IMG/VR virus record: IMGVR_UViG_3300027785_000131
Coordinates: 1 to 25,321 of that record
Length of the DNA: 25,321 nt
Direction: 5' to 3' (one strand)
Origin: a virus
Lineage: Duplodnaviria; Caudoviricetes
Below the pieces are notes generated by a model that worked only from the letters and a program-made list of their open reading frames with translations, had not been told where the DNA came from and did no database searches. Both the position numbers and the translations under genes were made by a program. Each line of letters begins with the position of its first letter. Position 1 is the stretch's first letter. Positions 9,039 through 17,666 of this stretch are shown one piece after another.

Positions 9039-9509
9039 TTATTTTTTGTAATCTAAATTGGATTTTAACAGCCATTGATTTTTTTTATGTACCCTAGCTC
9101 GTTCAACTCCAAGATCTAAGGTTAACTGATCTCCAATGATGTCTGACTCAGTAATCAAATCATTGAAATTACAAGCAAGTGTATCGTGGTTTGCAGCTAT
9201 CTGAAGAATAATTTTGTCTTGGTTAAAACAATCTTCAAACGGTAACTCAGGCATATTTGAATATGTTAAATCCATTACTGTCTTAGGTGTAGCAATACCT
9301 AAAGAACGAATATGCTCAGCAACTGTATCTATGCCTTCTTCCATTTCACGGTATATTTTTTCTGTCAACAGATGGATTTCATAAAATTTACCTCCCATTA
9401 GTCCCCAATGGACAAGTTGGGTTTGGTGGTAAACATTAACGGAATCCCTTAAGCACTGCACTAGAAGGCAGTAGCAGGAAGTTTTTTTATCGGTTAGATC
9501 TTTTACCAT
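9039..9509 (-). CDS. dps: Dps family DNA-protection/ferritin-like protein
   Basis: HW.L.G..F..IH...E..Y......D.VAEHIRSLG and terminal K..WLL signature; 156 aa. Confidence 0.9.
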   Translation of the reverse strand: MVKDLTDKKTSCYCLLVQCLRDSVNVYHQTQLVHWGLMGGKFYEIHLLTEKIYREMEEGIDTVAEHIRSLGIATPKTVMDLTYSNMPELPFEDCFNQDKIILQIAANHDTLACNFNDLITESDIIGDQLTLDLGVERARVHKKNQWLLKSNLDYKK

Positions 9510-9514
9510 TTAAA

Positions 9515-9787
9515 TTACCAAAGGTGTGAGCACGCCCAGTATTTAGGCGTATTTTTATCCATGGGTTTATCACATCCCATTCTAGCCCTGAAATTTTTCC
9601 TCCGATCTTTATCTCCATGTTGGGTGTAGTCCTCATAACCTCTTCGCCCGTAACGAACTATAGCCTCTTCCCCATCATGACAAGACTTAACCACCCATTT
9701 ATGGGTATCGCCAGCTGGGGCACGTTGAGGTTTATTACACTTCATGTGCTCTTTTGATAGACGCTTAGCCTTAGCGTGGTCTGCCAT
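9515..9787 (-). CDS. small basic hypothetical viral protein
   Basis: 90 aa; VRYG..GYEDYTQH.D..RRKNFRAR...PKYW....LW. Confidence 0.7.
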   Translation of the reverse strand: MADHAKAKRLSKEHMKCNKPQRAPAGDTHKWVVKSCHDGEEAIVRYGRRGYEDYTQHGDKDRRKNFRARMGCDKPMDKNTPKYWACSHLW

Positions 9788-9789
9788 AT

Positions 9790-9972
9790 CTACATTCGAC
9801 CAGCCAGATTTGTTGCTACATCTTGAGATACAGCGCCTTTATCCGCAATTTCAAATGGGTCTGGCCTTCTGTAGGAATTTAATTTTTGAACATAGCCAGC
9901 AAGGAACTCAGACGGCACCATTGCTGGTTGTTGTCTATCAGGTTGCAATCCATCCAACATATGCATCCTCAC
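9790..9972 (-). CDS. hypothetical protein
   Basis: 60-aa ORF bridging the HNH gene and the 90-aa gene; start uncertain. Confidence 0.45.
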   Translation of the reverse strand: MRMHMLDGLQPDRQQPAMVPSEFLAGYVQKLNSYRRPDPFEIADKGAVSQDVATNLAGRM

Positions 9973-10348
9973 AAATATACGGAATAGCCTGATAAGCAGC
10001 GGCTAGGTTTAAGGACTTTGGTTTCTGCTCTGTCCATTCTTTAATCTTATCAGCCCTTTCTTTAGTGTATTTAGGATTGCCGTCTGTATACCATAAACCA
10101 AGTTTTTGAGATCCTTTAGCGGAGTTACAAGAACAGCAACAACAGGCAAGATTATTCCTTGAGTTATGTCCACCCTTATGCTTTGGAACAATGTGATCAA
10201 TCGTAGCGGTATTATGACAAAGTTGTTTCTCACAATAAGCGCAGTTCCACTTCCACGCCTCAAAAATACTTTGACGGAATTTTTTTCGAGCGAGTTTTGG
10301 AGTAAGGACAATTAGTTCAGCTAAGAGTTCGTTCTCAGTGTGAAACAC
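9938..10348 (-). CDS. HNH endonuclease (McrA-like)
   Basis: CAYC..TIDHIVPKHKGG....NL...C..CN..KG. Confidence 0.9.
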   Translation of the reverse strand: MFHTENELLAELIVLTPKLARKKFRQSIFEAWKWNCAYCEKQLCHNTATIDHIVPKHKGGHNSRNNLACCCCSCNSAKGSQKLGLWYTDGNPKYTKERADKIKEWTEQKPKSLNLAAAYQAIPYICEDAYVGWIAT

Positions 10349-10444
10349 GTTGCGCTCATGCTTCTAAATAAAAGATATGGCGCATACATCTGTATACATA
10401 CTAACAATAAAATACAGGGTTTAGTGTAAGCCGAACCGGCACAG

Positions 10445-10663
10445 TTAATCTGGGCTCATAATTTGACACGCTTCTAGGATTTGTTTGTTGGCCTTGTCTT
10501 CTAGCTGTTCTTTTAGAATATTAAGAACTTCTAAAGCCCCTTGAACTTTTAGATAGCCTTCTTTACTAGAAATTAAATTGGCCTCTGCTGTTCTAATTTC
10601 TGACGTTAAGGACTTTAGTTGCTCCTGCAATCCTTTCTCCAGTTCTAACACGTTTTCAATCAT
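10445..10663 (-). CDS. small coiled-coil hypothetical protein
   Basis: 72 aa with heptad Leu pattern and LKVQGALEVL. Confidence 0.65.
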   Translation of the reverse strand: MIENVLELEKGLQEQLKSLTSEIRTAEANLISSKEGYLKVQGALEVLNILKEQLEDKANKQILEACQIMSPD

Positions 10664-10714
10664 CAGACTAAGATAACTACTTGAATGTTAACAGGTTTTT
10701 ATTTAAACGCAAGG

Positions 10715-11965
10715 TTAACCCTTACTTCCCTTAATGATCCAACCCCAGCCATTAGCACAGCCACCGTAAAACAAACGTGGGTTTAAGTTTTTAAAACTAT
10801 AGTGACGGTTTTTACCTGCACCAGGGGACTGGTTCTCCCATACTCCGTTAACTAAGTCTAGGTCTCCATAAGGGTCCTGAACTAGCCAATAAGTACTGCT
10901 GTAGCCTGAGATGGTTATGAAGTGCCCACCGCCACGTGGGGAGTCTACAGTGCCGTGGTGGAGGATACCCACAGCCACAGGTTTACCTTTATCGATCTGA
11001 TCTTTAATATCCTGTTCTTCTAAGTTTGTATAAAATTTTGCAGATACATTAAGCGCTTCTAACGCTTTGTAATGAGCGTCCCTAGTAGTTGTATCGCCAA
11101 AACGGTCAACAACTTTAAAATAATCTGTATCGTCTTTTATTTCTTTTACGTTAAGGTATTTTAAACACATCGCAATTGAGCTTGTCTGACATTGGCGCCA
11201 ACCCTCGGGGCCGTTATCTTTTTGATCAAAGAAAGGAAAGTTACGTAAATAACGTAAATCTCCATCCTGTGCATAAGGGTTTATCTTCGGTGTTAGTCCA
11301 CTCCAATGAGCGTCGTAAATCCACCATCTACCCATTTTATTTCCCATTTCAAGCAGAGTATGTTGATCTTTCTTTTCTAAAACTTGATTACCTGGGTATG
11401 TTCTTCCCTGATAGACCTTTGCTTTACTCTCATTAGCAAGTTTGTCTGCGGGCTTAGGCTCTTTCTTAAACCAAGTTTGCTGAAGAGAGGTAACACTAAT
11501 GGTAGGTATTTCTTCTTTTTGGTTATTAACAGTACAGAATAACTTAATTTCTGTTGTTCTGCGCCTTATTAAACCAGCTATACTCTGACCATCACCACCT
11601 TTTGTCCACTTCACTAATTCCTGTGTTGCTGCAATATTGGGATTCTCTCCGCTATTTAAACGCTTGCGTAAAGTAGATTCACCTAACGCACCGGCCCCGA
11701 CATTATAAGTAAAACTTACAAGTGCATCAAATTGATTCTGATTTAAATTTATTGAAATTAATTTACTTACTGATTGTTCAAAAAAGTCTAAATCTTTTTG
11801 AAGTAGTTGTTCAGCTTGTTGTTCAGTAATTGTCTGACCAACATATACATCATCTCCTGTATGCCCATACCCTATGGTTAAAACGCCAACTACATCGTAA
11901 TAAGCGGTAAGCCTAAGGCCTTCAAATTCTTTTATTAATTTTAAGCCTTGTGCAGATGTTTTCAC
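10715..11965 (-). CDS. endolysin: GH24 lysozyme plus C39-like cysteine peptidase
   Basis: LIKEFEGLRLTAYYDVVGVLTIGYGHT (E/D/T triad), QFDALVSFTYNVG, GLIRRR; C-terminal Q..CQTSSIAM, GGGHF, DPYG (Cys-His-Asp). Confidence 0.9.
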   Translation of the reverse strand: MKTSAQGLKLIKEFEGLRLTAYYDVVGVLTIGYGHTGDDVYVGQTITEQQAEQLLQKDLDFFEQSVSKLISINLNQNQFDALVSFTYNVGAGALGESTLRKRLNSGENPNIAATQELVKWTKGGDGQSIAGLIRRRTTEIKLFCTVNNQKEEIPTISVTSLQQTWFKKEPKPADKLANESKAKVYQGRTYPGNQVLEKKDQHTLLEMGNKMGRWWIYDAHWSGLTPKINPYAQDGDLRYLRNFPFFDQKDNGPEGWRQCQTSSIAMCLKYLNVKEIKDDTDYFKVVDRFGDTTTRDAHYKALEALNVSAKFYTNLEEQDIKDQIDKGKPVAVGILHHGTVDSPRGGGHFITISGYSSTYWLVQDPYGDLDLVNGVWENQSPGAGKNRHYSFKNLNPRLFYGGCANGWGWIIKGSKG

Positions 11966-11985
11966 AGTGGCGTCAAGTGTTAATA

Positions 11986-12552
11986 CTAAACTATACCAGA
12001 AGTCGTAGTGCCTGAATTAAATGAAAGATAATCTATGCCACTAGAACCAGTAACGTAATCCGTTGTGCCAGAGCCAATCACTGAATCTGAGGTAACTAGG
12101 TTGTTACTGGCGCCCTGTATGGGCCAAGTGGAATACTCAGCTGAAGTAACAAAATTAGCTAAGTCATCTGTAGTTTTCGTGTTCTTAATTTTTAAAACTT
12201 TACTCCCCGATGTAGTACGTATGTTTTCCCTCCAGGTTTTAACGGTTGGATCTGTTTCTTTTCCGTTATCAACAGAACGCACAATCATCCAATCTGTAGG
12301 ACTAATTAAGGTATTAGCAGTCTGTCTGGTTTGATCCACCCATTGAACTACCAACTGGTCGTGGTCTTTAGGTATCCCTGGAGCCCAATAAAACCGTTGA
12401 TCGTAATAAGGGGGATCAGGGACCTCAGTAATTCCAATTGCTTTGCGATCTTCGGGAGAAGATAATCGAATCCAATTTGAAGGGTACTGGGTTCCATCCG
12501 GTGTTACAAATGGAGAATCTGGAGATATTGGCTTACCGTTTAAAAGAAACAT
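11986..12552 (-). CDS. tail-fibre-associated/assembly-chaperone-like protein
   Basis: QYPSNW..YDQRFYW N-terminus and L..TDW...R....WRENIR...W motif similar to tail fibre assembly proteins. Confidence 0.6.
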   Translation of the reverse strand: MFLLNGKPISPDSPFVTPDGTQYPSNWIRLSSPEDRKAIGITEVPDPPYYDQRFYWAPGIPKDHDQLVVQWVDQTRQTANTLISPTDWMIVRSVDNGKETDPTVKTWRENIRTTSGSKVLKIKNTKTTDDLANFVTSAEYSTWPIQGASNNLVTSDSVIGSGTTDYVTGSSGIDYLSFNSGTTTSGIV

Positions 12553-12645
12553 TATGCTTCAGGTTTTTAATTATTGTAAGCCTTCTCAGCTCTTGCAGCA
12601 CATTAACCGATTTTATGCTAGTCTGGGCCGACAGAGTTCCCGCTA

Positions 12646-13497
12646 ATGACAACACTGCTTGAAGCCTGGGAGCAATTCAAAGCCGAAAGAGCTATTGCCC
12701 TGTGTCCAACTAGTCTGCTTGCGGACTACAGGCAAGTAGGTAATTGGTTAAACAAATGCCCAATTACAGATTTAAATGAGGGAAGAAAAATATTAACATG
12801 GACATTAAGTCAAAAACCTATTAAATCTAGTCGGCGCGTAACAATGTACATAAAATCGTTATATCGTTGGGCATCCAGTGAAGATATAAAATTAATCGAT
12901 AAGAACCCAATTATTAGTTTTAAAATGCCAAAACCACCACAAGAAGATGTTGATATTATTGTAATTCCACGGCAAGAAACAGAACTGGTTTTGAAAGCAC
13001 TTGGATCAAAACAACCACGTAACGGCGCTAACTGGGCATTTTATTCTGAGTTTATGTTGCAAACTGCAATGCGCACTGGAGAAGTACGCGCACTTAAATG
13101 GGAAGATATAAAAGAAAATAAGATCCTTGTGCATAGTAACTATACTCTTACTCATGGGTATAAGAATTCAACAAAAACAAATAGAAAACGGTGGGTTCCT
13201 TTAAATACTAGGTGCCAAGAAATTATGTCTGCTGTATCAAAAGCCAATGAATATATTTTTCCCTGGAATAGGTATGCGTTTCAAAGTTATTTTTATGATC
13301 GAATGAAAGAGTTGCACGCAGATAAACTTATCCAAAATAGGTATAGGCCATATGACTTACGGCATACCGCAATTAGCCGGTGGATTGAGGCCCAGATTCC
13401 AGTAGCACAAGTTGCAAACTGGGCAGGTAATAGTTCGGAAGTTATTTGGAAGCATTATGTAAACGTTACTCAAGAGTATGAGATGCCTGTTCTATAA
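12646..13497 (+). CDS. tyrosine recombinase (phage integrase family), 283 aa
   Basis: TAMRTGEVRALKWEDI, TKT..R.VPL, YDLRHT, VANWAGNS, terminal WKHY. Confidence 0.92.
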   Translation: MTTLLEAWEQFKAERAIALCPTSLLADYRQVGNWLNKCPITDLNEGRKILTWTLSQKPIKSSRRVTMYIKSLYRWASSEDIKLIDKNPIISFKMPKPPQEDVDIIVIPRQETELVLKALGSKQPRNGANWAFYSEFMLQTAMRTGEVRALKWEDIKENKILVHSNYTLTHGYKNSTKTNRKRWVPLNTRCQEIMSAVSKANEYIFPWNRYAFQSYFYDRMKELHADKLIQNRYRPYDLRHTAISRWIEAQIPVAQVANWAGNSSEVIWKHYVNVTQEYEMPVL

Positions 13498-13512
13498 GCT
13501 TACTAAATAAGG

Positions 13513-13770
13513 TTAATCAGCCTTACGACTAAGGCTTATTAATGTTGTTAACACTGCCATCATAGATGTTATGGCTCTGCTATCACTGTCTGCACAAGTT
13601 GGCTGAGCTTCAATAGCTTTACCTTCAGGAGTACCTACATACTTAGCGTACCAAGGCCATGCTGTTGGGAAAACATAAAATCTACAGGCGCCCCACTGAG
13701 CAACAGTAAGCAACATGATTGAAGCTGCTGTAGCAAGTATTGAACGCCAGAGCCAGTTAGGCATGACCAC
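13513..13770 (-). CDS. small putative membrane protein
   Basis: 85 aa with hydrophobic N- and C-terminal segments. Confidence 0.6.
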   Translation of the reverse strand: MVMPNWLWRSILATAASIMLLTVAQWGACRFYVFPTAWPWYAKYVGTPEGKAIEAQPTCADSDSRAITSMMAVLTTLISLSRKAD

Positions 13771-13821
13771 GCAAGCAACTGTTAAATTAATTGTAACAAA
13801 CGTTTTGTTTTTACTTTAAAT

Positions 13822-13852
13822 AATCGTCCTAAGCATGACGTTAAATCGCTTA
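13822..13852 (+). promoter_or_regulatory. candidate H-type RNA pseudoknot upstream of ORF 13903
   Basis: cgtc(13825-28)/gacg(13837-40) stem; loop taagc(13830-34) complementary to gctta(13848-52). Confidence 0.4.
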
Positions 13853-13902
13853 CATCTTACCTTAATCCTATCTATTAACTTTTTTAAATTTTCACAAAGC
13901 AT

Positions 13903-14139
13903 ATGAAAAACTTTTTTCTTTCTTGTTCCTTTGTATTTGGCCTTAGTGCAGCAACCGTTTCATCTTACTGGGGGCTTACTGATATGTATCAACTAAATAA
14001 AGCATATGAAACACAGAATAACCACGCAGAGTTACGCCATAGGATCAATGTTTTTGCGGACGGAACGTGGATTTTACTTGGAATTGTAATTTCAGTTGTT
14101 TCGATTAGTGGGATTCACAAAACCCATGGGGACACTTGA
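13903..14139 (+). CDS. small putative membrane protein
   Basis: 78 aa, two hydrophobic segments. Confidence 0.6.
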   Translation: MKNFFLSCSFVFGLSAATVSSYWGLTDMYQLNKAYETQNNHAELRHRINVFADGTWILLGIVISVVSISGIHKTHGDT

Positions 14140-14886
14140 ACCAAGGGGACGTTGATTTAACCAGCCAATGTTTTCCAAGGCCTTACCTGCCCCGGCAACT
14201 GCGTAAAAACCTTTCTCACTTGGGGAACCTTCAACAACTTTATTAAAATACCAACTGAGAGGGTTGTTTGTATTGTAATTATCTGTTACATTTACAAAAC
14301 CAAAACGATCTGGGGTTGCTGAATATTGGCCGATTGCCATATTTGCGGGTTCATCCCTTAATTTCTCATATCCTTGTCTGTACTTCCCGGTGGTACTTAA
14401 TCCATAATTAATATTATTATTTGATGGTTGCGCGTAACCAAGGGTTTCATACCTATACTTTGCCGCATCTGGATTATCCATCACTCTAAATGGTTTACCC
14501 AATGGACCAGCGTAAGCCTTGACGCCAGTGGCTGCTGCCCAGTTGTTTCTATCTGTTGTTGGAACTGGAATTAATCCTTTATCTAAGACATCGTTTAAAA
14601 GTGCCGGAATGCTTCTACTGGGTTTAACATAATCTGAACCATAGGGAAGCGACCCTTTAAATACTGTCTTATCAACATTTTCATAAGCTTTACCAGCACC
14701 ACTGTAAACATCGGTTCCTAATTTATTTGCGCTATTAACAAATTGTTGTGCTTTTTGTAAAACGCTTCCGAACAGTCCTGCCGTATCCTCGTACTCTAAT
14801 TCAGGCTTATAACCAAACGTACCTTCCCCTGAATCTTTGATCGGGTCAAGATATTCTTTTAAAAAATTGTTAGGATTAACAGCCAA
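14092..14886 (-). CDS. hypothetical protein
   Basis: 264 aa, G/N/Y-rich; no motif recognised. Confidence 0.7.
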   Translation of the reverse strand: MAVNPNNFLKEYLDPIKDSGEGTFGYKPELEYEDTAGLFGSVLQKAQQFVNSANKLGTDVYSGAGKAYENVDKTVFKGSLPYGSDYVKPSRSIPALLNDVLDKGLIPVPTTDRNNWAAATGVKAYAGPLGKPFRVMDNPDAAKYRYETLGYAQPSNNNINYGLSTTGKYRQGYEKLRDEPANMAIGQYSATPDRFGFVNVTDNYNTNNPLSWYFNKVVEGSPSEKGFYAVAGAGKALENIGWLNQRPLGSSVPMGFVNPTNRNN

Positions 14887-14996
14887 CTAAAATAATTCTT
14901 TCTTTATTAATTATAGACTTGTTTTTTTAGTACACTTTGAAAACCCTTAACCACTAAAGGTTTTGGGCTGACCTCACAACTTTTGTTTAAACAGGC

Positions 14997-15002
14997 TATA
15001 CT
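14997..15002 (+). promoter_or_regulatory. possible sigma70-type -10 box for psbA
   Basis: TATACT about 40 nt before the structured leader; no convincing -35. Confidence 0.35.
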
Positions 15003-15039
15003 GAGTAAGTCAGGAAACGAAGATAAAACTTTACAATTC

Positions 15040-15152
15040 CTTACACTTCTGAAACCGAGATCACCAGAAGTAAATCATCTCTAATACCCGCATCCGAGGG
15101 TGATGTGGGAATAACACAACCCGTTCGTCCCCCGAGCTCATACCTACCCTTT
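15040..15152 (+). ncRNA. structured psbA 5' leader, PhotoRC-II-like RNA motif
   Basis: Stem acttctg(15045-51)/cagaagt(15065-71) whose loop gagat can pair with atctc(15077-81); stem cccgcatc(15087-94)/gatgtggg(15102-09) with cgagggt loop; directly 5' of psbA. Confidence 0.65.
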
Positions 15153-15157
15153 TAAAA

Positions 15158-16237
15158 GTGACTGCTTCAATTGCCTTACAAGAACAAACAAACCTATGGC
15201 AACAATTTTGCCGTTGGGTAACCTCAACTGAAAATCGGATATACGTTGGTTGGTTTGGAGTCCTAATGATTCCAACACTTCTTGCTGCCACCGTCTGCTT
15301 CACCATAGCTTTTATTGGTGCCCCACCTGTCGATATAGATGGGATCCGCGAGCCTGTATCTGGCTCTTTACTTTATGGAAACAACATTATTTCAGGAGCC
15401 GTTGTCCCCTCCTCAAATGCAATCGGATTACATTTCTATCCAATTTGGGAAGCTGCTTCCCTTGATGAATGGCTCTACAACGGTGGGCCGTTCCAGCTCG
15501 TCGTATTCCACTTCCTCATTGGCATCTTTGCTTACCTGGGACGCGAATGGGAACTTAGCTATCGATTAGGAATGCGCCCTTGGATCTGCATTGCTTATTC
15601 AGCACCTGTTGCTGCTGCAACTGCTGTATTCCTTGTATATCCTTTCGGTCAAGGGTCCTTCTCTGATGCAATGCCCTTAGGTATCTCTGGCACATTTAAC
15701 TACATGTTGGTGTTCCAGGCTGAGCACAACATCCTTATGCACCCATTCCACATGCTTGGAGTTGCTGGTGTATTCGGTGGATCACTTTTTAGTGCGATGC
15801 ATGGTTCACTTGTAACTTCTTCATTGGTTCGGGAAACCACAGAGAATGAATCGCACAATTATGGCTATAAGTTTGGCCAAGAAGAGGAGACCTACAACAT
15901 TGTGGCCGCCCACGGTTATTTTGGACGCCTTATTTTTCAATATGCATCTTTCAATAACTCACGTTCGCTTCACTTCTTCTTAGCTGCTTGGCCAGTAGTT
16001 GGCATTTGGTTCACTGCTCTGGGTGTTTCTACAATGGCATTTAATCTTAACGGATTTAATTTCAACCAATCAATTGTTGATAGTCAGAATCGTGTCGTCC
16101 CAACTTGGGCAGACATTCTGAACCGTGCTGGACTAGGCTTAGAAGTTATGCATGAAAGAAATGCTCACAACTTTCCATTAGATCTTGCTGCTTCTGAATT
16201 AACTTCTGTTGCGCTTACTGCACCATCTATTGGTTAA
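15158..16237 (+). CDS. psbA: photosystem II reaction centre protein D1
   Basis: Unambiguous D1 ([40 protein letters not shown]); GTG start; 359 aa, uninterrupted. Confidence 0.99.
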   Translation: MTASIALQEQTNLWQQFCRWVTSTENRIYVGWFGVLMIPTLLAATVCFTIAFIGAPPVDIDGIREPVSGSLLYGNNIISGAVVPSSNAIGLHFYPIWEAASLDEWLYNGGPFQLVVFHFLIGIFAYLGREWELSYRLGMRPWICIAYSAPVAAATAVFLVYPFGQGSFSDAMPLGISGTFNYMLVFQAEHNILMHPFHMLGVAGVFGGSLFSAMHGSLVTSSLVRETTENESHNYGYKFGQEEETYNIVAAHGYFGRLIFQYASFNNSRSLHFFLAAWPVVGIWFTALGVSTMAFNLNGFNFNQSIVDSQNRVVPTWADILNRAGLGLEVMHERNAHNFPLDLAASELTSVALTAPSIG

Positions 16238-16257
16238 TAAATAAATTAACAAGTTAT

Positions 16258-16283
16258 AAGACCTTCTTTGGAGGGTCTTTTTT
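16258..16283 (+). terminator. intrinsic terminator after psbA
   Basis: aagaccttc-tttg-gagggtctt hairpin followed by a T run. Confidence 0.8.
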
Positions 16284-16308
16284 ATTGGTAAGATGTCCAT
16301 AAAGATTG

Positions 16309-16938
16309 TTAAACAATTTCCTTTATGTCGTATATATAGTGATTAGATGTTTCAAACAATCTAGTGTTTTCAACTGAGTACACAGTAGTGTCTATTTCAT
16401 ATCCAGGATTTTCAGAAATACGGTTAAAAGTCCATGCACTGTCGTACCATAAAATTCTATTGTTTGGGTAGGCATAATAATTTCCAGTCTCGACTTTAAA
16501 TAAATGAGCGCACTTATGCTCTGGCGTTTCTGAGTAGTTAAAATCCGTCATGCCTTTGTTCTCAAACGCCCAATCAAGTGTAAACATATAATCACCTTGA
16601 ACTTTTATACCATCAGGACGGATAAGATCTGCTTTCAATCCAGCAAGGCGATTTCTTCGTTGAACATCCACGTAAGAAGAAAAGCAATCCCAATACATAA
16701 TTTGATTAAGCGGTTCTATTACAGCGTCTGGTTTCCAGCAAAGTGAATGTAACGGTCTACGGGTCCAATTTACTCCGTTCTCTAAGAAGCATTCGAACAA
16801 AGGAACTCTTTTCTCCATCGATGCAACAGAGTGCACGTCACAGCGCGACACCTCTCCATGTCCTTTTTGATGGTTGTATAGGAATTCATTACGAACATAA
16901 CAAGACCAATCAGGTAGGTTGTGATTTAAATAAGACAT
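16309..16938 (-). CDS. hypothetical phage protein
   Basis: 209 aa, aromatic-rich; YLNHNLP, YMFTLDW, EHKCAH, AYPNNRILW. Confidence 0.75.
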   Translation of the reverse strand: MSYLNHNLPDWSCYVRNEFLYNHQKGHGEVSRCDVHSVASMEKRVPLFECFLENGVNWTRRPLHSLCWKPDAVIEPLNQIMYWDCFSSYVDVQRRNRLAGLKADLIRPDGIKVQGDYMFTLDWAFENKGMTDFNYSETPEHKCAHLFKVETGNYYAYPNNRILWYDSAWTFNRISENPGYEIDTTVYSVENTRLFETSNHYIYDIKEIV

Positions 16939-17032
16939 CTAATGACCAAGCTACTAAAGAAGACTCCTCATTATAACTAGAATCCACAAACCTGTACGTC
17001 CACACGTCATTCTGTTGAATGGTAATTTAGTA

Positions 17033-17359
17033 CTAATTATGTTTGTTTAATTCGTGTTTTATTTTACCGAGCATACGATTTATATTATTTATAGTTATCT
17101 CATTCTCTTCAGAAGATTCAACCATTCCTTTATAATACCCAAGGATATTTACTAACTCTTCAAGATCACGGTGTTGTATTTTTACTTCTAATTTTTCACT
17201 AAGAAACTTTTGATCTTTCTTTCTTGTTTTTGGTTTTTTATTTTGTTCATTACAAGTTAAACAACAAAAGGAATATCCTTGCTTAAATGTTTTCACTAAT
17301 TGAAAATGTTTTTCATTTAGTGGCTGTGTTTTTTTACAGTAGCTGCATACTCTTTTCAT
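17033..17359 (-). CDS. hypothetical Zn-finger-like protein
   Basis: CSYC...CLTC followed by a basic stretch; 108 aa. Confidence 0.6.
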   Translation of the reverse strand: MKRVCSYCKKTQPLNEKHFQLVKTFKQGYSFCCLTCNEQNKKPKTRKKDQKFLSEKLEVKIQHRDLEELVNILGYYKGMVESSEENEITINNINRMLGKIKHELNKHN

Positions 17360-17402
17360 TTAAACACCTTTTGAAAATAGTTTTTTTCCGATATGGGAGC
17401 CG

Positions 17403-17576
17403 TCACTCCTCGTCAAAATCAAAATACTCATAGAGAGAACTTAGCACACATTCTTCAATAGCCTCACATATACGTTCTTCACCAGGATTTTCGTCATGTT
17501 TAAATGCCCTTCTGTACCCACGGAGCACACCCTCGTTAATTGCTTGATCCAGTATGACAAGAAATTTTGGTTTCAT
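17403..17576 (-). CDS. small hypothetical protein (57 aa, not in ORF track)
   Basis: Translated by hand: MKPKFLVILDQAINEGVLRGYRRAFKHDENPGEERICEAIEECVLSSLYEYFDFDEE. Confidence 0.7.
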   Translation of the reverse strand: MKPKFLVILDQAINEGVLRGYRRAFKHDENPGEERICEAIEECVLSSLYEYFDFDEE

Positions 17577-17662
17577 AATTTGGGAACTGGTAAGTGCGAA
17601 GAGTTGACAAGATAGTTATGAAGACGTTCAGCCAAAAGTACGTCGTTTTGTTGTGGTGTCAT
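17573..17662 (-). CDS. possible 29-aa peptide
   Basis: MTPQQNDVLLAERLHNYLVNSSHLPVPKL; starts 4 nt after the previous stop and overlaps the next gene by ATGA. Confidence 0.4.
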   Translation of the reverse strand: MTPQQNDVLLAERLHNYLVNSSHLPVPKL

Positions 17663-17666
17663 GTTA

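Noticed and set aside
12553-13520. attP/tRNA integration site or lysogeny module at the recombinase
   Set aside because: No tRNA fragment, repressor or recognisable att core; cannot be fully excluded without the host genome.
14940-14964. Inverted repeat aaaacc..ggtttt upstream of the psbA promoter region
   Set aside because: Short, AT-rich and single copy; no function supportable.
15158-16237. Group I intron in psbA
   Set aside because: The ORF is continuous and full length.
516-16976. Short nested ORFs (e.g. 516..743, 632..898, 4846..5103, 11176..11436, 15061..15306, 15250..15465, 16743..16976)
   Set aside because: They overlap stronger genes in other frames and lack recognisable features.
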